In this document: piece by piece, positions 45,823 to 53,937 of the stretch
How the letters are laid out: every line of letters begins with the position of its first letter
How positions within the stretch are numbered: the first letter of the stretch is position 1
Assembly (NCBI GenBank): GCA_035496255.1
Contig: DATJEU010000068.1
Span: 3,256 to 67,255, forward strand
Direction: 5' to 3'
DNA: 64,000 nt
Origin: Vicinamibacterales bacterium
Lineage (GTDB): Bacteria > Acidobacteriota > Vicinamibacteria > Vicinamibacterales > UBA2999
Position numbers and translations under genes: made by a program
The notes under the pieces: generated by a model
What the model was told of the DNA's origin: nothing
The model's input: the letters and a program-made list of their open reading frames with translations, nothing else
Databases searched by the model: none

Positions 45823-47142
45823 GTGCGGTTCCTGGCAGCCACGCTGGTTCTCGTCGCAGTCGTCGGCAGCACGCCTCACGCCCAAAAGGACGTGGTCCGG
45901 GAACGTTCCGACCAGGCGATGCGCTTCCTTGCCTGGGTCACCGCCGTGCGCAGCCACGCTCCCGGAGTAGTGGACGAAGGGGCACGCGACATCGCGACTT
46001 GGACCCAGGCCATGCTCAATGACCTGGCGGTGGAGCTGGCGAACTTTCGCATCCTGATGCGATCGCCAAAGGCGTCCACGTTCTCCGTCACCACGGGGGG
46101 GAAGAGTCCGCAGTCCATCTACTACAAGGAGTCTGCCTTGCAGAGGATGCGCGAGGCAGCAGCGGATTTGGTGGCACGGCGCGTCAGCGATATCGACCTC
46201 ATCGAACAGGCGGTGGTGCTGCACACCGATCTCGCCTTTCATCCCGAGATCCTCGCCACTCCGGTCGAGACAAGCGGAGCGTCGGGGAGGGCGCTCCTGC
46301 TCTTCGGCGACGGCGCGCAACTCGGCGTCGGCGAGACCGCCGATCACCTGGACGTCGCGCGAAAGCTGCTGCAGTTGATTCCGCGCGGCAACACGCACGA
46401 TGACGACATCCGCCGCTGGTACGAGGGCACGCTTGCCCGGCAGCAGGCGATCCAGTTCTGGGACACGCAGCACACCGAAGCGGCACTGGAACGGTTCCCC
46501 GAGGCCCCGGAACTGCAGTTCCTCGCTGGCTGCCTGCACGAAGTCCTTGCTTCCGCCGCCATCAGAGCCGTCGTGGAGCGTGCGTCACTACCCGGAAGGG
46601 CGGTGTTGAGGGTCGACGACGAACGGGACGAGCTGCGGAAGGCGGCAGCGGCGTTCGCGCGTACGCTGCAGTTGCGGCCGGACTTCGTCGAGGCGCGCAT
46701 CCACCATGGTCACGTCCGGACTCGCCTCGGGGAACTGGAGCCGGCATTGTCCGCCTTGCGTGGGGTCGACGACGCGAGGCTGGAACCGGAACTGCGCTAC
46801 TACGCGGCGATGTTCCTCGGCGACGCCGCAGAAGCGGCCGGCCGCCGTGACGAAGCCGGAGTCGCGTACGCGCGCGCCCTGGGGCTGTTCGCCACGGCCC
46901 GCTCACCGCGGCTCGCGCTCAGCTACCTGGCATGGCAGGGCGGCGATCGACCGGCTGCGCAGACGCAACTGGAGTCGCTCCTCACGGCTCGCGAGGACAG
47001 CGACACGGATCCGATGTGGGGTTACCCGACGTTTCAGGCTCGTGACGCGGACGTGGCATTCGCCGATGCGGAAGCACGCCTCACGCAGGCGGGTCCGCCG
47101 CTGAAATGCACGAAGACGTGGAATGTTCCCACATGCGAGTGA
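45823..47142 (+). CDS. Secreted hypothetical protein with TPR-like C-terminal half
   Basis: GTG 45823, signal-like MRFLAATLVLVAVVGSTPHAQ. Helical-repeat-like segments (PDFVEARIHHGHV, EAGVAYARALGLF). Overlaps the next gene by 10 nt. Confidence 0.6.
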   Translation: MRFLAATLVLVAVVGSTPHAQKDVVRERSDQAMRFLAWVTAVRSHAPGVVDEGARDIATWTQAMLNDLAVELANFRILMRSPKASTFSVTTGGKSPQSIYYKESALQRMREAAADLVARRVSDIDLIEQAVVLHTDLAFHPEILATPVETSGASGRALLLFGDGAQLGVGETADHLDVARKLLQLIPRGNTHDDDIRRWYEGTLARQQAIQFWDTQHTEAALERFPEAPELQFLAGCLHEVLASAAIRAVVERASLPGRAVLRVDDERDELRKAAAAFARTLQLRPDFVEARIHHGHVRTRLGELEPALSALRGVDDARLEPELRYYAAMFLGDAAEAAGRRDEAGVAYARALGLFATARSPRLALSYLAWQGGDRPAAQTQLESLLTAREDSDTDPMWGYPTFQARDADVAFADAEARLTQAGPPLKCTKTWNVPTCE

Positions 47143-47999
47143 GCGGACTCGGCGTACTCGTCGCAACGGTCACGATGGCGACCACCATCGTCGCGCAGGG
47201 ACCGACGTTCTCCTCGCGGCGCGAGATCGTCCGCGTGGACGCCCTGGTGACGCGCGACAACCAGGTGGTGCGGAATCTCACTGCCGCCGACTTTTCAGTC
47301 ACCGACGCCGGCGTGCCGCAGCAGGTCGAGCTCATCAGTTTCGAGACGCTGCCGCTGTCCGTGCAGTTCGTGTTCGACGACAGCGCCAGCGTGAGTGGTG
47401 AACGGCTCGAGCGCCTGCGCGACGGCGGACGGGCGGTGATCGGAGGCTTGACGGTTCGGGATCAGGCCGGTCTCCTGACGTTCGGGCGCGCGGTCGATCG
47501 CCGGGAACCGCTCACGCCGGACCTGACGCGCGTGCGCGCCGCCATCGATCGCATGCAGGCAGAACCTGGCGGGAGCGGCGGGGGCACGACGCTGATCGAT
47601 GCCTGCTACGCGGCGATGGCGTTAGCGGATTCGGACGTCGGCCGCGCCCTGTTGCTGGTGTTCACCGACGGCGTCGATACCTCGAGCTGGTTGACGCAAG
47701 AGCGTGTGCTCGAGGCCGCGCGGCGGTCGAACGTGGTCGCGTATGGTGTTTCGACCGCGCCGGTCGTGAAGGGATCGTTCCTGCGCGAGTTCGCCGAGCG
47801 CACCGGCGGCTCCGCGTTCCACGTGGAGTCGGTCGCGGATCTGCGCACCACCTTCCTGCGGATCCTCGACGAATTCCGTCAGCGCTACGTGATCAGCTAC
47901 ACGCCGAACAACGTGCCTGGCTCCGGGTGGCATCCGCTGACCGTGCGCGTCCGCGGACGCAACATCGCTGTACGCGCGCGCGCCGGATATTCGAGATAG
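47133..47999 (+). CDS. VWFA-related acidobacterial-domain protein (TIGR03436-like)
   Basis: FSSRREIVRVDALVTRDNQVVRNLTAADFSVTDAGVPQQVE, VFDDSASV (MIDAS-like), ILDEFRQRYVISYTP and WHPLTVRVRGRNIAVRARAGY are all typical of the family. Confidence 0.85.
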   Translation: MRVSGLGVLVATVTMATTIVAQGPTFSSRREIVRVDALVTRDNQVVRNLTAADFSVTDAGVPQQVELISFETLPLSVQFVFDDSASVSGERLERLRDGGRAVIGGLTVRDQAGLLTFGRAVDRREPLTPDLTRVRAAIDRMQAEPGGSGGGTTLIDACYAAMALADSDVGRALLLVFTDGVDTSSWLTQERVLEAARRSNVVAYGVSTAPVVKGSFLREFAERTGGSAFHVESVADLRTTFLRILDEFRQRYVISYTPNNVPGSGWHPLTVRVRGRNIAVRARAGYSR

Positions 48000-48072
48000 C
48001 TGAGGAAGCGGAGAAAAGCGATCGTCGTGTCCCGTCGTGACCGTCGTGGCATCCTTGTCACGCGTGCAGGCG

Positions 48073-48975
48073 TTACCGGATGAACGTGCCGGCTTGCAGT
48101 TCGTGGAACGCCTGCTGCAGTTCGTCGCGCGTGTTCATGACGATCGGCCCGTACCACGCGACGGGCTCTTCGATGGGACGTCCGGAGACGAGCAGGAAGC
48201 GGATGCCTTCGTCCCCTGCCTGCACCACCACCTCGTCGCCGCGATCGAACAGGATCAGCGATCGGTTTTCGCTCTCGTGCGGCACGGCGCGGCGCGTCTG
48301 GCCGTCGACCTGTTCGGTGACGACGGCCTGCGGGTCCGACGCGTCGCGGAAGGTTCCTGACCCGGCAAACACATACGCGAACGCATTGCTCGCGCGGTCC
48401 ACTTCGATGCGTTTCCGCGTGCCTGGCGGCACCGACACGTCGATGTAGCGTGGATTCGCCGCCACACCTTCCACCGGTCCTTTCCGTCCCCGGAATTCGC
48501 CGACCACGATCCGCGCTCGCGTCCCGTCATCGTCGACGACCTCGGGAATATCAGCAGCGGCGATGTCCTGATACCGAGGCGCTGTCATCTTCAGCGATGA
48601 AGGGAGATTCGCCCAGAGTTGGAACCCGTGCATGCGGCCCGCGGGATCGCCCTTCGGCATTTCCTGGTGCATGATCCCGCGCCCGGCCGTCATCCACTGG
48701 ACGTCGCCGGCTCCGAGCCGCCCCTGGTTGCCGAGACTGTCGCCATGTTCGACCACGCCCGCGAGCACGTAGGTGATCGTCTCGATACCGCGGTGCGGAT
48801 GCCATGGGAAGCCGGCCAGGTAGTCCGACGGGTTGTCGTTGCGGAAGTCGTCGAGCAGCAGGAAGGGATCGAACTCCGTCGTGGTGCCGAAGCCGAATGC
48901 GCGCTGGAGGCGGACGCCGGCGCCTTCGATGGTTGGGGTCGTGTGGGTGATGTGCTTGATCGGCCGGACGGACAT
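48073..48975 (-). CDS. Pirin-family protein
   Basis: GFPWHPHRGIETITYVL, MTAGRGIMHQE and the bicupin length of 300 aa. Confidence 0.9.
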   Translation of the reverse strand: MSVRPIKHITHTTPTIEGAGVRLQRAFGFGTTTEFDPFLLLDDFRNDNPSDYLAGFPWHPHRGIETITYVLAGVVEHGDSLGNQGRLGAGDVQWMTAGRGIMHQEMPKGDPAGRMHGFQLWANLPSSLKMTAPRYQDIAAADIPEVVDDDGTRARIVVGEFRGRKGPVEGVAANPRYIDVSVPPGTRKRIEVDRASNAFAYVFAGSGTFRDASDPQAVVTEQVDGQTRRAVPHESENRSLILFDRGDEVVVQAGDEGIRFLLVSGRPIEEPVAWYGPIVMNTRDELQQAFHELQAGTFIR

Positions 48976-49092
48976 GCCGACCAGCGTACTACCGGTGGCG
49001 TTCCCTGCATGTACTTATAGGGCCGGCCTTGCCTTATCGACCGGCCGCGCGGCGCGTCTAAAAAGCAAGACGCGCCCCACAGGAGAGAGAAA

Positions 49093-52000
49093 TCAAACGC
49101 CCGCCAACAGTTGCTCCAACCGTGCCGGGTCCGGCGGCTTGGTCAGGTGTTCGTCGAAGCCGGCATCGAGCGCGGCCTGCACGTCGCTGTCCTGACCGTA
49201 GCCACTGAGCGCGACGAGCCGGATGTTGCGGTATCCGTTTTCGCTCCGCAGCTTCCTGGCCAGGTCGTACCCGCTCAAGACAGGGAGCCCGAGATCGACC
49301 AGCGCGAGGTCCGGCTTCACGCGCATGATCAGGTCGACGCCGTCGGCGCCGTTCGCGGCCGTGTACACCTGCAGTCCGTCGCGCTCGAGCAGAATCTGCA
49401 GCATCCGGCGCGCGTCCGGCTGATCCTCGACGATGACGATGCTGCGCAGACGTGCGCCAGGTGTCCTCGGCTCGCCGTCGGGCGCCGCCGACGTCGCCCG
49501 CGCCAGCGGCAGCCACACGGTGAACGTGCTGCCGTGTCCCGGACCGTCGCTCTTCGCTTCGACCCGTCCGTCGTGCAGTTCGACGAGCGATCGCAGCAGC
49601 GTGAGGCCGATGCCGAGACCGCCTTCGGAGCGCGCCAGCGACTGGGTGCCCTGCACGAACAGATCGAAGATGCGCGGCAGCATTTCCGGCTCGATGCCGC
49701 GGCCGTTGTCCGACACCCGCAGCACGGCCTCGTGCGCATCACGACGTAGTTCCAGCCTCACCTCGCCGCCGTACGGCGAGTACTTCGAAGCGTTGCTCAG
49801 CAGGTTCGCCTGGATCTGCTGCAGCCTGGCGGCATCGCCGACGACCGGGATCGGTTCATCGGTGATGTCGACAATCAGCCGTGTGCCGTGCTCCGCCAGG
49901 AAGGGGCCGAGCGCCTCGATCGCGGAGTGCGTGGTGTCGCGCAGGTCGAGCGTCTCAGTGCGCAGCGCGATGTGACCGCGGGTGATCCGCGACACATCGA
50001 GCAGGTCGTCGAGCAGACGCGCCATGTGGTTGGCCTGACGTCCAACCACGTGGCCGGCCTCGAGGCACGCCTCATTGGCCCACGTGCCCGCTTCCAGCAC
50101 GCGCGTGGCGCTGAGGATCGCCGCCAGGGGATTGCGCAGCTCGTGGGACAGCATCGCCAGGAACTGCTCGCGGCGGCGCACGCCTTCCTGCAGCTCGCGC
50201 TCGGTTTCCCGGCGCGCCGTGATGTCGATGAAGGTGACGACGGCTCCGATCACCGTGTCGGTGCGCAGGATCGGGTGACTCCAGTATTCCGCCGGGAACG
50301 ACGTGCCGTCGCGCCGCCAGATCACCTCGTCGTCGACGTGCGCGCCGTTACGGTGGCGCATCGAGCGGAAAATCGGCGATTGCTCCGGCGTGTACGGCCG
50401 ACCGTCCGGCAGCGTATGGTGGATGAGCGGATGCATCTGCTTGCCGATCAGATCGGCCGGCGCGCCGTAGCCGAGGAGGCGTGCGCACGCCGAGTTGCAG
50501 AAGATGCAGGCGCCGGTGAGATCGATTCCGTAAATCGCTTCCGCGGTCGAATCCAGCAGCAGCCGGATGCGCTCCTCGCGCTCGCCAATCTCCTCGCGGG
50601 CCGCCACGAGCTGCGTGACGTCGCGCGAGATGCAGGAGACGCCGACGATCGTGCGCTTTGACGGGTCGTGAATCGGCGAGAACGTCACCAGCACCGGCAC
50701 TGGCGTACCGTCGCGGCGGACGTGCTCGCTTTCGCGGCGCTCGACCGATTCGCCCGAGCGGATCGCGTCGAGAATGGCGGTGATGTCGTCCTTGCGCCCG
50801 GTCGGATACAGCAGGCTGACATGCCGTCCGATTGCCTGCTCCGCGGGATAGCCATAGAGCCGCGCGGCGCCCTTGTTCCACGTCGTGATGATCCCGTCCA
50901 GCGTATTGCCGATGATCGCGTCGTCGGACGATTCGACGATGGCGGAGAGCTGGGCGAGGCGGGAGCGCGCCTGCTCGAGCGCCGAAATGTCGGTGAGCGT
51001 GAGGAGCACGCCATCCGGTTCGAGCGCGTCGCGTTCGCCAGTGACGGCACCGGACGCGGCGCGGCTCTTGGCCCGTCCGCGATAAGGCAGGATGCGCATG
51101 AAGAAGCAGCGGTCGCGCCGATCCCACACCTGCGCCTCGATCGCGTCGCCGCCGTGCAGCACGCGCTCGATGTCGGGCATGAGCGTGGTGTAGCGGAGGT
51201 CGTGCGTGAAGGCCTGCAGCGGACGGCCGACGTCCTGCGGGATCACGCGGAACGTCTCGGCGATGCGCGGCGTGAACTTGCGGATGCACAACTGCCGGTC
51301 CAGGAAGATCGTGGCGACGTCGGTGCCGTTCAGCAGGTGCTCGATGTCGTCGTTCAGCTCCTGCAGTTCGACGTTCTTCTTCTGATACTCGGCGTTGACG
51401 GTATAGAGCTCCTCGTTGACCGAGTGCAGTTCCTCGTTGGTGCTCTGAAGCTCTTCGTTCGACGCGATCAGCTCCTCGTTGGTCGCCTGTAGTTCCTCGT
51501 TCGCGGTTTCGTGCTCGTGAATGGCCGACTGGAGATGGGCCTTGGTGTAGGCGAGCTCGTCCTCGAGCGCGCGAATCTGTTCGTGCGTCACGCCGTCCGG
51601 CGACAACGCGACGTCGTGCGCCTCGTACAGCGCCACCGGCCCAGGGACGTCGGCAAAGGGGGGCACGAGCGTCGAGACGCCGACCGCCTCGGTATCGGTC
51701 AGCGAGAGCAGGATGTGCGTGAGCTCGCCGCGGGCATCACGGACCGCCTCGCCGATCAGCGCATAGCGGCCGGCGCGCCCGGGCACGGTGATGTTCGGGT
51801 AGCGGACGCTCTCCGTCTCCCGCTTCACGCGATGGAGCACGCCGGACGCGGCGGCCCGGAGTTCATCGGGCAGCAGATCGAGCATGCTCTGCGTCGGGCG
51901 CCGCGGCTTGATCCGCAGCAGCGCCTCGACGCCGCCGAAGGTGTCGACCAGTTGGCCTTCGGCATCGAGGAGGAAGCTCGGAGGCATGAAGCGATCGAGC

Positions 52001-53670
52001 AGGCGGTCGTACGCCGCCAGCATCTGCGCGTCCACGCCCGCAGCCCGGCGGACCGGGGGGGCGGGTACGGAGCGCAGCGCGCCGCTGCGGGGCAGCGGCA
52101 GCCGCAGGTCGCGGGGCAGGCCGATGTCCCGCCGTTTCTTGTAGATCTTCGAATGCTCGTCGATCGTGTCGAACTCGTCGAGCAGGCCGCCCGGGCTCTC
52201 GCTCGACCCCAGGAAGAGCACGCCGCCGGGCTTGAGCGAGAAGTGAAACAGCGTCAGCACGCTCTTCTGCGCGTGCGGCTGGAAGTAAATCAACAGGTTG
52301 CGACACGCGACCAGATCGAGCTTGGTGAACGGCGCGTCGCGAATGACGTTGTGCGGCGCGAAGATGATGCTCTCGCGCAGCGTCTGCGACACATGGTAGC
52401 CGTCGGCCTTGGCGATGAAGAACCGCTGGAGGCGCGCGGGACTGACGCCGGCAACCTGTTCCTCTTTATAGATTCCCGCACTGGCGACGTCGAGTGATGC
52501 CTTGTGCACGTCGGTGGCGAGAATCTTCAGGTTGATCGGCCGGTTGCGCTGCGCCAGCTGCTCGTGCAGCAACATGGCGATGGAGTAGGACTCCTGGCCC
52601 GTGGCACATCCCGGAACCCACACGCGAATCTGTTCGTCCGGTGCGAGGCGATCGATCAGCTCCGGCAGAACGCGGTGCTCCAGCGTGTCGAACGCCTCAT
52701 CGTCCCGGAAGAAGCGGGTCACGCCGATGAGCAAATCCTCGTACAGCGAATTGAGCTCGCGCGGATCGCTGCGCAGCTGCTCGACATAGATGTCGATGTC
52801 GCCGGAATGATTGAGCGCGAGCCGGCGCTCGATCCGCCGCACCACGGTGCTTGCCTTGTAGTGGGAGAAGTCGATGGCGTATTCGTCGCGCAGCAACCGC
52901 AGAATCGCGTCGACGCCGCGCTCGTCACTGGCGGCGGTGGTCAATTTCAGCCCGGTGGCGCCCGCACGTCCCAGTGCGGCAAGCGCGGTGGCGATCTCGT
53001 CGGGCGGCAGCACGTGATCGACGTGGCCGCTGCGCATCGCGCTCAACGGCATCCCGTTGAACTGCGCGGTTTCAGGGGCCTGACAGATCACCGTGCCGCC
53101 GGCACGACTGACTTCCTGCACCCCCCGCGATCCGTCACTGCCGCTGCCGGAGAGCACCACGGCGACCGCGCGGCGGCCCATGTCCTGCGCCAGCGATCGG
53201 AAGAACAGATCGATGGGCAACGCCAGGCCGTGCCGCGGGTCCTTGTCATTCAGCAGGAGCTTGCCCTGCCGGATGATCATTTCTTTCATCGGCGGCAGCA
53301 GGTAGACGCAGTTCGGCTCGACCTCCATGCCGTCTTCCGCCGGCCGAATCCGCATCTGCGTTCGCCGGGAGAGCAGTTCGTCCATCAGACTCTTGAAGTC
53401 CGGCGACAGGTGCTGCAGCACGACGAACGCCATGCCGGTGTCGCTCGGCAGGGCCGAGAAGAGACCTTCCAGCGACTCGAGCCCTCCGGCAGATGCGCCG
53501 ATGGCGACGACGTAGAAGTCCGCGGGTGTGGTGGTGGGTGACACAGCGGGGGTGGGTGTGTCGCCAGGTGCCGAATCGTAGTCGCTCACATCGCGCCTCG
53601 TGCGCCGGCAGTGGAGGGCCGGTTGCCAGCGCGACTGATAGCACGTTGGGTGCCAGCCCGGCTGCGACAT
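49093..53670 (-). CDS. Hybrid sensor: CheB methylesterase + CheR methyltransferase + coiled coil + PAS domains + HisKA/HATPase + receiver
   Basis: AIGASAGGLESL (CheB), VWVPGCATGQESYSIAMLL (CheR), NEEL heptad repeats, several PAS-like segments, SHELRNPL H-box, DNGRGI / GGLGIGL ATPase boxes, and C-terminal REC (VEDQPDARR...LALVDLGLP). Confidence 0.9.
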   Translation of the reverse strand: MSQPGWHPTCYQSRWQPALHCRRTRRDVSDYDSAPGDTPTPAVSPTTTPADFYVVAIGASAGGLESLEGLFSALPSDTGMAFVVLQHLSPDFKSLMDELLSRRTQMRIRPAEDGMEVEPNCVYLLPPMKEMIIRQGKLLLNDKDPRHGLALPIDLFFRSLAQDMGRRAVAVVLSGSGSDGSRGVQEVSRAGGTVICQAPETAQFNGMPLSAMRSGHVDHVLPPDEIATALAALGRAGATGLKLTTAASDERGVDAILRLLRDEYAIDFSHYKASTVVRRIERRLALNHSGDIDIYVEQLRSDPRELNSLYEDLLIGVTRFFRDDEAFDTLEHRVLPELIDRLAPDEQIRVWVPGCATGQESYSIAMLLHEQLAQRNRPINLKILATDVHKASLDVASAGIYKEEQVAGVSPARLQRFFIAKADGYHVSQTLRESIIFAPHNVIRDAPFTKLDLVACRNLLIYFQPHAQKSVLTLFHFSLKPGGVLFLGSSESPGGLLDEFDTIDEHSKIYKKRRDIGLPRDLRLPLPRSGALRSVPAPPVRRAAGVDAQMLAAYDRLLDRFMPPSFLLDAEGQLVDTFGGVEALLRIKPRRPTQSMLDLLPDELRAAASGVLHRVKRETESVRYPNITVPGRAGRYALIGEAVRDARGELTHILLSLTDTEAVGVSTLVPPFADVPGPVALYEAHDVALSPDGVTHEQIRALEDELAYTKAHLQSAIHEHETANEELQATNEELIASNEELQSTNEELHSVNEELYTVNAEYQKKNVELQELNDDIEHLLNGTDVATIFLDRQLCIRKFTPRIAETFRVIPQDVGRPLQAFTHDLRYTTLMPDIERVLHGGDAIEAQVWDRRDRCFFMRILPYRGRAKSRAASGAVTGERDALEPDGVLLTLTDISALEQARSRLAQLSAIVESSDDAIIGNTLDGIITTWNKGAARLYGYPAEQAIGRHVSLLYPTGRKDDITAILDAIRSGESVERRESEHVRRDGTPVPVLVTFSPIHDPSKRTIVGVSCISRDVTQLVAAREEIGEREERIRLLLDSTAEAIYGIDLTGACIFCNSACARLLGYGAPADLIGKQMHPLIHHTLPDGRPYTPEQSPIFRSMRHRNGAHVDDEVIWRRDGTSFPAEYWSHPILRTDTVIGAVVTFIDITARRETERELQEGVRRREQFLAMLSHELRNPLAAILSATRVLEAGTWANEACLEAGHVVGRQANHMARLLDDLLDVSRITRGHIALRTETLDLRDTTHSAIEALGPFLAEHGTRLIVDITDEPIPVVGDAARLQQIQANLLSNASKYSPYGGEVRLELRRDAHEAVLRVSDNGRGIEPEMLPRIFDLFVQGTQSLARSEGGLGIGLTLLRSLVELHDGRVEAKSDGPGHGSTFTVWLPLARATSAAPDGEPRTPGARLRSIVIVEDQPDARRMLQILLERDGLQVYTAANGADGVDLIMRVKPDLALVDLGLPVLSGYDLARKLRSENGYRNIRLVALSGYGQDSDVQAALDAGFDEHLTKPPDPARLEQLLAGV

Positions 53671-53844
53671 AACGGCAACATGAGCCGCGACGCTGCGACC
53701 CGGCCGTTAGGGAACGTGACAGATAAATGGAAAGTACGACGGCTTATAAAACATTGGCTGGCGGGCGGGGCGGACACGCGGACGCGTGCGCGATGTGGCG
53801 CGGACCTCGCGCGAAGAGGTCGCAATCACCGCCCGACAATTCCT

Positions 53845-53900
53845 ACCAGCCACCAGCCACCAGCCACCAGCCACCAGCCACCAGCCACCCGCCACCCGTT
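53845..53900. repeat. Tandem heptamer array ACCAGCC x6 plus two degenerate units
   Basis: Perfect units at 53845-53886, then acccgcc and acccgtt. Lies in the divergent region between the hybrid kinase and the fadB-like gene, 38 nt before GTG 53938. Confidence 0.9.
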
Positions 53901-53937
53901 CGCCAACCGCTGCCCATTTCGAGTATGAAATGGGGTC

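Noticed and set aside
44854-46539. 561-aa minus-strand ORF spanning three real genes
   Set aside because: It crosses the 3' end of gene 44308, the palindromic repeat, mgtC (in another frame) and the TPR-like gene. It is not compatible with the recognisable MgtC signature and signal peptides.
49051-49077. 9-bp perfect stem (ggcgcgtct / agacgcgcc) 16 nt after the hybrid-kinase stop, as an intrinsic terminator
   Set aside because: There is no U-run downstream on the minus strand; the T-run lies in the loop. It may still be a stabilising 3' hairpin, but a terminator call is not supported.
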